DNA from: Phototrophicaceae bacterium
Lineage (GTDB): Bacteria > Chloroflexota > Anaerolineae > Aggregatilineales > Phototrophicaceae
Reading direction: 5' to 3'
Assembly (NCBI GenBank): GCA_965238035.1
Contig: OZ250163.1
Coordinates: 1,711,575-1,775,574, forward strand
Length of the DNA: 64,000 nt
Part shown: positions 9,262 to 17,474 of the stretch, piece by piece
Layout: each line of letters opens with the position of its first letter
Numbering within the stretch: position 1 is the first letter of the stretch
Notes under the pieces: generated by a model
The model's input: only the letters and a program-made list of their open reading frames with translations
Databases searched by the model: none
What the model was told of the DNA's origin: nothing
Program-made: the position numbers and the translations under genes

Positions 9262-10017
9262 TCAGAGTCTGATCCCGAAGCGTTCCCGCAACAGCCGCTG
9301 AAATTCCTCTTCGTCGGCCAGGTCCCGTTCCTGGCGGCAGCCATTTTCTGTCACGATCAGGCGCCGGTCGCCCAGCGTGATGCGCCCTGCCCCGGTGGCC
9401 AGCGAACACACGCGCTGCTGCGTGAAGTGGGAATCCGGCGAGCGCTGGTGATGCTCGCAGCCCGGCGTGAAGTCCGCCAGCTGGCGCGGCTGTAGCCGAA
9501 AGCGATACTCGTCCTGCCAGTCGCCCTGCGCCGTGCGACGGGCATGGACGCCTTCGCAGCCGTCGTGCTGCACGCGCCAGACGCCTTCATCGCGCTCCTG
9601 CGGCCCAGGCTCGTCGAATTGCAGCGGCTCGCGGAAGCCCTCGCCAAAGCCCACGTCCACCAGCCAGCGCTGCTCCAGCGTGACCAGCAGCGTGAGGTGG
9701 TCCCAGGGCAGGCCATCCTGCCAGGTCTTCGCGCCCACGCGGGCCTCCAGCAGGGCCACCGTGAAGCCGAGTTCGCGCAGTACCGCTGCGAAGAGGCCGT
9801 TCTGCTCGTAGCAAAAGCCGCCGCGGCGCTTCGTCACGATCTTGTCGAAGAGATGCGCTTCTTTCAACAGAATCGGGCGTTGCAGGTGGATGTCGAGGTT
9901 CTCGAAGGGCACGGCCAGCAGATGCGCGCAGTGCAGCCGGCGCAGGGTGGTCGCGTTAAGCGGCAGGGCTCCGGTCACGCCAATGCGCTCACACCAGGCT
10001 GCGATGTCGATGGCCAT
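9262..10017 (-). CDS. Arylamine N-acetyltransferase (NAT family)
   Basis: 251 aa. Has PFENLD and the catalytic-Cys motif RRGGFCYEQNG typical of NAT enzymes. Confidence 0.85.
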   Translation of the reverse strand: MAIDIAAWCERIGVTGALPLNATTLRRLHCAHLLAVPFENLDIHLQRPILLKEAHLFDKIVTKRRGGFCYEQNGLFAAVLRELGFTVALLEARVGAKTWQDGLPWDHLTLLVTLEQRWLVDVGFGEGFREPLQFDEPGPQERDEGVWRVQHDGCEGVHARRTAQGDWQDEYRFRLQPRQLADFTPGCEHHQRSPDSHFTQQRVCSLATGAGRITLGDRRLIVTENGCRQERDLADEEEFQRLLRERFGIRL

Positions 10018-10090
10018 GCCGGCTCCTGAATTCCTGATGCCTCTCCAACATTATTGCGTAACGGCGCCGGGTTTGCCCTTGCTCCAGGAC

Positions 10091-10278
10091 GCCCTCACCC
10101 TAAATCCCTTGTCCCGCTTTTTCGCGGGAGCCCTTCCCATCGCTCACGATGGGAGCCCTTCAGGGAGAGGGACTTTAAGGACTTGCGTTGTTGCATAACA
10201 GTTTCTCCCCCTCCCTGAGAAGGCCCCACGTTGAAGACGGAGGCGCGAAGCATGCCTTCGCGTACATGGGGTGAGGGC
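10091..10278. repeat. Nested-palindrome intergenic repeat element, copy 3
   Basis: Bounded by GCCCTCACCCT ... GGGGTGAGGGC. Shares modules with copy 1 in the direct orientation and with copy 2 as reverse complement. Confidence 0.8.
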
Positions 10279-10357
10279 TGGTGAGGCCTCCCTGCCACGG
10301 GGGCGGGCTGTCTGCTATACTGGCCGCCGTGTTCAGTAGAGGGCAGCAGGGAAACGC

Positions 10358-10918
10358 ATGGCGATTGATGTCAACCAGCTCCGCAAGGGCACCACGTTCG
10401 TTGAGGACGGCGAGCTTTACCGCGTCGTCAACTATGCGCACAACAAGACCGGACGCGGCGGAGCCACCATTCGCGTGCTGGTGCGCAACCTGCGCAACGG
10501 CTCCCAGGTTGAGCGCACCTACAACTCGGGCCGCCGCGTCGATGACATTCGTGTGGAGGCCTTCGAGGTCGAGTATCTCTACGATGACGGCGAGTTCCTG
10601 ACCTTCATGGACACGCATACCTGGGAGCAGCCGCAGATGAACCGCGCTGTCTTCGGCGACGACCTGCGCTATCTCAAGGCCAACCTTTCGGTCAAGCTGC
10701 TCAAGTACGGCGAGGAAATCATCGACTACGAGTTGCCCGGCACCGTGGACGTCGTGGTCACGGATAGCGAGTTCGCGATCGCCGGAGACACCGCCAACAA
10801 CCCCACCAAGCTCGTCACGGTCGAGACCGGTCTGGACGTGCGCGTGCCGCTCTTCGTCAACGTGGGCGATACCATTCGCGTCAAGACGGGGGACGGCAGT
10901 TACGTCACGCGCGTCTGA
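10358..10918 (+). CDS. efp: Elongation factor P
   Basis: 186 aa, beginning MAIDVNQLRKGTTFVEDGELYRVVNYAHNKTGRGGATIRV, which is the canonical EF-P N-terminus and length. Confidence 0.95.
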   Translation: MAIDVNQLRKGTTFVEDGELYRVVNYAHNKTGRGGATIRVLVRNLRNGSQVERTYNSGRRVDDIRVEAFEVEYLYDDGEFLTFMDTHTWEQPQMNRAVFGDDLRYLKANLSVKLLKYGEEIIDYELPGTVDVVVTDSEFAIAGDTANNPTKLVTVETGLDVRVPLFVNVGDTIRVKTGDGSYVTRV

Positions 10919-11663
10919 CGCCGAGGTGCTCGCCGCCGTTGACGCGAATCACTTCGCCGCTGATATAGTCCGCGCCCGCAAGAAAACTGACCGCCTGCGC
11001 CACGTCCGCCGGTGAGCCGTCGTGGCCCAGCGGAGTCGCCGCGGTGACCGCTTGCCAGCGTTCCGCGCTCATATCCGCCGCGGGCAGGACCGGCCCCGGC
11101 TGCACGGCGTTGACGCGAATCTCCGGCGCCAGCTCGAGCGCGCTCACCTGCGTCAGGGCCCACAATGCGGCCTTGCTCACGCCGTGGTGCGCATAAGATT
11201 GCCAGGGCCCGTCCACGCCGCGGTCGAGCAGGTTGATGATGACGCCGCCTGGTGGCGCCTGGGCGCGCATCAGCCTGGCGGCGGCCTGGGTGCACAGGAA
11301 GGGCGCGCGCAGGTTGACGGCCATGGTCTGCTCCCAGTCCGCCAGTGACACCTGCAGCAGCCGACGCTGCTGAAAGAGGGCGGCGCTGTTCACCAGGATG
11401 TCCAGGCGGTCGAAGTGTTGGCGCAGAACCGCGAAGAGCTGCTCCACGCCCGCTGCCTCGCCGAGGTCGGCCGGTTGCGCCTGGGCCTGAACGCCCTGGG
11501 CGCGGATGGCGGCCAGCGTCTCGTTGACCTGCGCGTCGTCGGAGCTGTGGTAGTGGACGAAGATGTGGGCGCCGCTGGCCGCCAGTTCCAGCGCGATGGC
11601 GCGGCCGACGCGCTTCGCGCCACCAGTGACCAGCGCGACCTGGCCGGCCAGCGCCGGCCTCAT
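10905..11663 (-). CDS. SDR family oxidoreductase (FolM/pteridine-reductase-like)
   Basis: 252 aa with VALVTGGAKRVGRAIA and SKAAL motifs. It has an ATGA overlap with the upstream cox subunit IV gene. Confidence 0.8.
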   Translation of the reverse strand: MRPALAGQVALVTGGAKRVGRAIALELAASGAHIFVHYHSSDDAQVNETLAAIRAQGVQAQAQPADLGEAAGVEQLFAVLRQHFDRLDILVNSAALFQQRRLLQVSLADWEQTMAVNLRAPFLCTQAAARLMRAQAPPGGVIINLLDRGVDGPWQSYAHHGVSKAALWALTQVSALELAPEIRVNAVQPGPVLPAADMSAERWQAVTAATPLGHDGSPADVAQAVSFLAGADYISGEVIRVNGGEHLGVRRA

Positions 11664-12010
11664 TCGTAGAGGACGGGCGGCGCTGCCAGCAGGTAGAGCA
11701 TGGCCGCCAGCGCAATCAGCAGCGGCACGACCAGCACCCAGGTGAAGAGGCGGCTGTCGGTCTTCAGGTGCATGTAGTACATGACCACCAGGGTAGCCTT
11801 GATGACGGCGAAGGCCAGCAGCAGCGGGATGAGCAGCACGCCTTCCGGCAGGCCGCCGATGGTGATTTCAAGCACTGTCGCCACGGCCAGCACGATGAAG
11901 ACGACCGTGTAGAGGCCGCCGGTAATCGTGATCTCGCGCCCCAGCACCACGGTGGTGTCGCTGAGGAAGGCGTCGTGCCCGCCCTGTGCCTCGTGCTGTT
12001 CGTCAGTCAT
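11660..12010 (-). CDS. Cytochrome c oxidase subunit IV (prokaryotic small subunit)
   Basis: 116 aa with 3 TM and the motif IKATLVVMYYMHLKTDSRL, typical of the bacterial CoxIV/CtaF family. Sits at the end of the cox gene series. Confidence 0.75.
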   Translation of the reverse strand: MTDEQHEAQGGHDAFLSDTTVVLGREITITGGLYTVVFIVLAVATVLEITIGGLPEGVLLIPLLLAFAVIKATLVVMYYMHLKTDSRLFTWVLVVPLLIALAAMLYLLAAPPVLYE

Positions 12011-12022
12011 GGGCAGCCGTCC

Positions 12023-12628
12023 TCAGACGAGATAAATCAGGGTGAACAGGAAGATCCAGACGACATCGACAAAGTGCCAGTAGAGGCCGAAGATCTCGAT
12101 GCCGAGGTAGTTGCGCGCGTTGTAGACGCCCTTGCGCGCCTTGCGCACGATCATCAGCGCCCAGAGCACGCCCACGATCACGTGCGCGCCGTGGAAGGCC
12201 GTCGGCGCGTAGAAGCGCATGCCATATTCGTTGCCGAGGTGGATGCCGGCGTGGCCCAGCTCGGTGTATTCCACACCTTGCAGGCCTACGAAAATCGCGC
12301 CCAGCAGGGCCGTCAGCCCAATCCAGCGGACGACGCCGGCGGAGTTGTTCTTCTGCGCCTCGCGCAGGCCCAGCACCATGGCCCAGCTGCTGGCCAGCAG
12401 CAGGAAGGTGTTGATGCTCACCAGCGTCAGGCCCAGCTCCTCCTGCACGTGCTGCACCGATTCCGCGTTATTGAAGCGGAACACGACGTAGACGGCGATC
12501 AGGGTGCCGAAGATGACCACTTCCGAGGCCAGGTAGAGCCACATCGCCAGCTTGGCGTTGCTGATGGTCTCCGCCGAGGGCGCGACCGGCCCGTGTTCCA
12601 GCGTCGCCTCACTCATGGCAATTCTCAC
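12023..12628 (-). CDS. ctaE: Cytochrome c oxidase subunit III
   Basis: 201 aa with 5 TM and the C-terminal signature FGLYWHFVDVVWIFLFTLIYLV. Confidence 0.85.
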   Translation of the reverse strand: MRIAMSEATLEHGPVAPSAETISNAKLAMWLYLASEVVIFGTLIAVYVVFRFNNAESVQHVQEELGLTLVSINTFLLLASSWAMVLGLREAQKNNSAGVVRWIGLTALLGAIFVGLQGVEYTELGHAGIHLGNEYGMRFYAPTAFHGAHVIVGVLWALMIVRKARKGVYNARNYLGIEIFGLYWHFVDVVWIFLFTLIYLV

Positions 12629-12649
12629 TCATTGTGGCAGGGTCCTCGC

Positions 12650-13870
12650 TTATTGCATCGCGTTCGGCAGGCGTCGCAGCTGCAGCGCCGCCCAGCCTGC
12701 GCCGCGGCCCAGCCAGTCCTTAAGGAACTGCGGGCGCATGACCAGCGCGGGGATCATGAGGGCGTTGCCGGCGGAGATGCCGAAGAGCAGCGGCGGCGCG
12801 AAGGGCAGCACCAGGCCGATCAGCACGAAGTAAAAGAGCGGCAGCAGAATACCCGCTGCCAGGCAGTACCACAGGCTGCCGCGCATCCCCGTCGCGGCCA
12901 GCGCCAGCAACAGAATCAGGTTGAAAATGGCGGCCGTCGTCGGCGCGAACTGGCTGAGCACCAGCCAGATGAGGGCGAAATCGATGACGTTCAGCGTCAG
13001 GCCCACCGCCGTCAGGATGACCAGCGCGCGGATCACCCAGGCCCAGTGGGTCTGCCGCGCCACAACCTTGATGAGCAGGCCCAGCAGCAGGAAGCTCCAG
13101 GTAAACAGGGCTGCGCCGCCCAGGAAGAAGGACAGCGTCACGAATTCGTTGGTGACCGGCGTACCCACCAGACGGTCCAGCAGGGCGAAGATGGCCACCA
13201 CGAAGGCCACAATGACTCCCTGGCGCAGCAGGGCCTGGTTGCCGTCGGCCGTCGCGCCGGACAGTGATTCCTGTTGCAGCGGCGTGTGCGCCACCACGCT
13301 GGTGGTCTTCACGCCGCGGTCCAGCGCGTGCATGAGGAGGCCAATCGCACCGGCCGCCACGGCCAGCGAGAGGAACATGAAGATGGTGAAGAGCACCAGC
13401 AGCGTCAGCTGGGTCATTTCGAGGCTCAGCGCGCCCAGTTCCAGCTGCACCACACCAATGGAGGCGAAGTCGGCCAGCGGGTCGCCGGAAATACGCAGGC
13501 CGGGCCCGTCGGGCAGCAGCGCGAAGAAGGCAATGACGATCAGCAGCAGCACCAGCAGCGAACTCAGCAGCCAGAGCCAGCCGCCGAGCACCTTGCCCGA
13601 CTCTGTATCGGCCTCGTCTGCGGCAGTTTCGTGGGCGTGGTCTTCCTCGCCCTCGGCCGGCTCGTGCGCGTGCACGTTCATCTGCGGGTCGAGGGCGCCC
13701 ATGCCGTAGATGAAGCCGGCGGCCGCCAGCGCCGTGCCGAAGACGATGCCCAGCTGCGGCTCCATGTAGGGCTGCAGACTCTGCAGGTAGCGGACGACCA
13801 CGAGGAGGCCCATGCCGGCCAGAAAGCCGAGGATGCCCATCGGCAGCGCGCGGCCTGGTCCAGGTTGCAT
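12650..13870 (-). CDS. Uncharacterised polytopic membrane protein embedded in the cox operon
   Basis: 406 aa with about 9-10 hydrophobic segments. Has an acidic, His-rich loop (NVHAHEPAEGEEDHAHETAADEADTE). I recognise no family. The coding call rests on the strong TM periodicity and operon position. Confidence 0.65.
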   Translation of the reverse strand: MQPGPGRALPMGILGFLAGMGLLVVVRYLQSLQPYMEPQLGIVFGTALAAAGFIYGMGALDPQMNVHAHEPAEGEEDHAHETAADEADTESGKVLGGWLWLLSSLLVLLLIVIAFFALLPDGPGLRISGDPLADFASIGVVQLELGALSLEMTQLTLLVLFTIFMFLSLAVAAGAIGLLMHALDRGVKTTSVVAHTPLQQESLSGATADGNQALLRQGVIVAFVVAIFALLDRLVGTPVTNEFVTLSFFLGGAALFTWSFLLLGLLIKVVARQTHWAWVIRALVILTAVGLTLNVIDFALIWLVLSQFAPTTAAIFNLILLLALAATGMRGSLWYCLAAGILLPLFYFVLIGLVLPFAPPLLFGISAGNALMIPALVMRPQFLKDWLGRGAGWAALQLRRLPNAMQ

Positions 13871-13905
13871 TCATTCCTCCTTCAGCGGCGCAGCCGGCCT
13901 GCTGT

Positions 13906-14472
13906 TCAGATCAGGTACAGCACCGGGTAGAACAGCAGCCACGCGACCACGACGAAATACCACAGGCTGGCCGCGCCTTCGGCGGGCCACAAATTTTGCG
14001 CGGAAACCCGGCCGGCGCGTACGCCCCGCGCAATCATACTCATAAACAGGCCGATTGCCAGCGCATGCAGCAGGTGAAAGGCGGTCATCATGCGGAACAC
14101 GTCGCTATAGATGCCGCTGGCCGGGATGCGCAGCCACTCGTAGCCAATGACCAGCACGAAGAGCGCGCCGAGGCCCAGGGCCGCGCGCCACTGGCGTTCG
14201 AAGCTGGCGCGCGCCCGGGCCGCCAGCGCGCGCGTCGCGCCGCGCGCCAGCCAGGCGCTGAGCAGCAAGCCCAGCGTCACCAGGCCGGGCAGCAGGGCGG
14301 AGGGCGCGGCCACGCCTGGCGGCGGCCAGCTGGCGTGGTTGCCGCGCAGCTGCCAGTTGACGATGACGAGGCAGACGAAAACCAGAATCCAGGAAATCTG
14401 GAAGATGGTCAGCCCGGTGCGCCGGTTGCGCTGTTGCAACAGCTCCGCGGGCGTCAGCGGCTCCTGCGACAT
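13906..14472 (-). CDS. Heme-copper oxidase subunit III family protein (divergent second copy)
   Basis: Start trimmed to the ATG at 14472 (MSQEPLTPAELL), 10 nt downstream of the ctaD stop. It has 5 TM, and its C-terminus LWYFVVVAWLLFYPVLYLI parallels the YWHFVDVVW motif of the other copy. Confidence 0.7.
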   Translation of the reverse strand: MSQEPLTPAELLQQRNRRTGLTIFQISWILVFVCLVIVNWQLRGNHASWPPPGVAAPSALLPGLVTLGLLLSAWLARGATRALAARARASFERQWRAALGLGALFVLVIGYEWLRIPASGIYSDVFRMMTAFHLLHALAIGLFMSMIARGVRAGRVSAQNLWPAEGAASLWYFVVVAWLLFYPVLYLI

Positions 14473-14482
14473 GTCCGCCACA

Positions 14483-16174
14483 TCAGGTCCTGGCGGACTC
14501 CGCCGGGCGCGCTGCTTCCGGCGCCGGGAAGCGCCGGTCGACCGCGTCGAGGTAGGCCTGGCCTTCTTCGGAGCCGTAGCCGTAGGGGTCATCGAAGGGC
14601 ACGGGGTCACCGCGGAAGTTCCAGGGCGGCGGCGGCGAGGTGGTGGCCCACTCCAGCGTCAGGGCGCGCCAGGGGTTGCCGCCGACGCGCTCGCCATTGT
14701 GCAGGCTGCGCAGGATGTTGTAGATGAGCACGAGCGACGAGATACCCAGCAGGAAGGCGGCGAGGCTGATGAGGCGGTTGATGTTGGTGAAGTCCGGGTC
14801 ATACATGGCCACGCGCCGCGGCAAACCGAGGGCGCCGGCAATGTGTTGCGGCACGAAGGTGAAAAAGGTGCCGATATAGGTCGTGACGAAATGCAGCTGT
14901 CCCAGGCGCTCGTTCAGGCGGCGTCCGGTCACCTTGGGGAACCAGTGATAGATGCCGGCGAAGATGAGGAAGACGCTGCCGCCGAAAAGCACGAAGTGGA
15001 AGTGGCCGACGACGAAATAGGTATCGTGCAGGTGAATGTCCACCGGCACCGAGGCCAGCATGACGCCGCCGATGCCGCCGAAGACGAAGAGCGTGATGAA
15101 ACCCAGCGCGAAGAGCATGGCCGAGGTGAAGCGCAGCTTGCCGCCCCAGATCGTGCCCAGCCAGCTGAAGATCTTGATGCCAGTGGGCACGGCGATGATC
15201 ATCGAGGTGATCATGAAGGGGATGCGCAGCGCCGGTTGCAGGCTGGTGAACATGTGATGCGCCCAGACCGTGAAGCCCACCAGCGCGATCGACATGCTCG
15301 AGAGCGCGATAGCGCGGTAGCCGAAGATGGGCTTGCGCGCGTGCACCGACAGCACTTCGGAGACCATGCCGAAGCCTGGCAGAATCATGATGTAGACGGC
15401 CGGGTGGCTGTAGAACCAGAAGACGTTCTGCCAGAGCAGCACGTCGCCGCCGCTGGCGGGGTTGAAGAAGCTGGTGCCCGCCACGCGGTCGAGGATCAGC
15501 AGGGTCAGGCCGCCGGTGAGGAAGGGGGTGGCCAGCACCTGGATGATGGCCGTGGCCATCACCGCCCACACGAAGAGCGGCATCTTCCAGTAGGTCATGC
15601 CGGCCGGCCGCATGTTGCGGATGGTGACGATGAAGTTGATGGCGCCCAGAATCGAGGAGATGCCCAGCAAATGCAGCGACATGGCCCACATGGTCTGCCC
15701 GTCGGCGCTGAAAAGCGTGCTCAATGGCGGGTAGGAGGTCCAGCCGGCCTCGGCCGGGCCCACCAGCCAGCCGGCGATCATCAGCACGCCCGCCGGCGGA
15801 ATCAGCCAGAAGGCGAAGGCGTTCAGCCAGGGGAAGGCCATGTCCTTGGCGCCCAGCATCAGGGGCGCCAGGTAATTGCCGAAACCGGCCATCATCGGGA
15901 TGATCCACAGGAAGATCATCACCGAGCCGTGCATCGTCATCAGCGCGTTGTACTGCGTGCCGTCCGCCATCAAATCCAGGGCGGGCGTCAGCAGTTCCCA
16001 GCGGACGAGCATGGCCATGGTGCCGCCCGCGACAAAGAAGAAGAGCGACGAGGCCATGTACTGCAGGCCGATAACCTTGTGATCCAGCGACCAGCGCAGC
16101 AGGTCGCCGAGGCGGATGGCAGGGCCTTCAGTCGTCCGCGTGCCGAGGCCGGGAGTGGCCGTAATCGTGGCCAT
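14483..16174 (-). CDS. ctaD: Cytochrome c oxidase subunit I
   Basis: 563 aa with 12+ TM. Shows the heme-copper oxidase motifs WFYSHPAVYIMILPGFG and WAHHMFT. Confidence 0.95.
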   Translation of the reverse strand: MATITATPGLGTRTTEGPAIRLGDLLRWSLDHKVIGLQYMASSLFFFVAGGTMAMLVRWELLTPALDLMADGTQYNALMTMHGSVMIFLWIIPMMAGFGNYLAPLMLGAKDMAFPWLNAFAFWLIPPAGVLMIAGWLVGPAEAGWTSYPPLSTLFSADGQTMWAMSLHLLGISSILGAINFIVTIRNMRPAGMTYWKMPLFVWAVMATAIIQVLATPFLTGGLTLLILDRVAGTSFFNPASGGDVLLWQNVFWFYSHPAVYIMILPGFGMVSEVLSVHARKPIFGYRAIALSSMSIALVGFTVWAHHMFTSLQPALRIPFMITSMIIAVPTGIKIFSWLGTIWGGKLRFTSAMLFALGFITLFVFGGIGGVMLASVPVDIHLHDTYFVVGHFHFVLFGGSVFLIFAGIYHWFPKVTGRRLNERLGQLHFVTTYIGTFFTFVPQHIAGALGLPRRVAMYDPDFTNINRLISLAAFLLGISSLVLIYNILRSLHNGERVGGNPWRALTLEWATTSPPPPWNFRGDPVPFDDPYGYGSEEGQAYLDAVDRRFPAPEAARPAESART

Positions 16175-16183
16175 GACGTTCCC

Positions 16184-17335
16184 CTATTCCATTTCTTCCA
16201 TCATTTCGGGCAGGACGTCGACGTCGCAGGCGGAGTCGCCGCTGGCCGTCAGGGTGCAGAGGTAGGCCACAATTGCCAGACCTTCGTTCAGCGGCATGTA
16301 ATTGGGCTCCTCAACATTCTGGTACTGGTGCTGCGGCATCAGGTTTGCGTAGCCTGGCACGAGGAACTCGCCGGGGTAGTAGAGGGAGCGCAGCAGATAG
16401 CGCTCGGTCTCCATGCCCGGCACGCGCGAGCTGGCGCGGTCGGCCACGCCGGCCAGGTTCGGCGCGACGATGGCATCCCAGCCCAGGGGCTCCAGCGTAT
16501 GGCAGCCGGCGCAGGCATAGAGGCCCGCGATACCGCCGCTGGTCATGAGCAGCTCACCGCCCAGGGCCGGGTCGTCCGGCGGGTTGAGGATGCGGTAGGA
16601 CTCTTCATCGAACCAGGCGAGGAAGCTCTCCTCGTCCTCGTGCACCATGATGGTGGAGCGCATGTCGCCGTGGCCGCTGCCACAGAGTTCCGCACAGACC
16701 ACCGGGAATTCGCCGGCCAGCACCGGCGTGAAGCGCGCCTCGGCGCGGCGCCCGGCCAGCAGGTCCTGTTTGATGCGCATGGAGGGCACCCAGAAGGAGT
16801 GGTTCACGTCGGCCGTTTGCAGGCTCAGCACGACAGGCTGGCCGACCCAGGTGTGCAGCACGGGTGAATTGACAGACTGCTGCTCGCCCGGAATGTCATA
16901 GGAGAAGGACCAGAGGAAGCGCGCGCCGCGCGTCTGCACCAGTTGTTCGTTGTCCCTGGCGCTGGTGATGTTGACCCACACCTGGAAGCTGATGATGCTC
17001 AAAATTATTACTGTAATCGCCGGAATGAGCGTCCAGATGAATTCCAGCGTACTGTTGCCGTGTATGGATGGGCCGTCGCTGTTGTCGCCCGGGCGGGCGC
17101 GGAAGCGAATCACGGAGTAGACGACCGCGCCCTGCACCAGCAGCCAGATGGCGCCGCCAAGGGCCAGCAAGATCTTGATGAGTCCGTCGACCTGGGCCGC
17201 CTCGGCCGAGGCCTGGGGCGGCAGCACCAGCGGCGTTGCCTCCGCGATGATCAGGCCGCCCACCACCAGCAACACGAAGGCGACCACAATCCAGGTCACC
17301 GTCATGAAGTTGTTGGAGGAATTGGAAGGCTTCAT
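16184..17335 (-). CDS. ctaC: Cytochrome c oxidase subunit II with fused C-terminal cytochrome c (caa3 type)
   Basis: Start trimmed to ATG 17335 (MKPSNSSNNFMTVTWIV). CuA motif is CAELCGSGHGDM and the heme c motif is CAGCH. Confidence 0.9.
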   Translation of the reverse strand: MKPSNSSNNFMTVTWIVVAFVLLVVGGLIIAEATPLVLPPQASAEAAQVDGLIKILLALGGAIWLLVQGAVVYSVIRFRARPGDNSDGPSIHGNSTLEFIWTLIPAITVIILSIISFQVWVNITSARDNEQLVQTRGARFLWSFSYDIPGEQQSVNSPVLHTWVGQPVVLSLQTADVNHSFWVPSMRIKQDLLAGRRAEARFTPVLAGEFPVVCAELCGSGHGDMRSTIMVHEDEESFLAWFDEESYRILNPPDDPALGGELLMTSGGIAGLYACAGCHTLEPLGWDAIVAPNLAGVADRASSRVPGMETERYLLRSLYYPGEFLVPGYANLMPQHQYQNVEEPNYMPLNEGLAIVAYLCTLTASGDSACDVDVLPEMMEEME

Positions 17336-17408
17336 GCTGCGGTCTCTCCGGGGTGGTGCTCCCTGTGCGCTCGGGCGGGCGCCCGCCGCCATGATGGCGG
17401 ATTGTTCT

Positions 17409-17436
17409 ATATTACACAAGTTTGGCCATGCGTAAA
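17409..17436 (-). promoter_or_regulatory. Putative promoter of the cox operon
   Basis: On the minus strand: TTTACG (17436-17431), a 16-nt spacer, then TAATAT (17414-17409). It lies in an AT-rich patch about 75 nt upstream of the ctaC start. Confidence 0.3.
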
Positions 17437-17474
17437 GTGGACGTCCCCTTTTTTATCGCATCCGGCCAGTCGCT

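Noticed and set aside
14147-16867. 906-aa ORF on the plus strand, the longest in the track.
   Set aside because: It is antisense to ctaD and ctaC, which carry unmistakable heme-copper oxidase, CuA and heme c motifs. The product is Arg/Gly/Ala/His/Asp-rich with no domain-like pattern. This is the typical open mirror frame of high-GC DNA.
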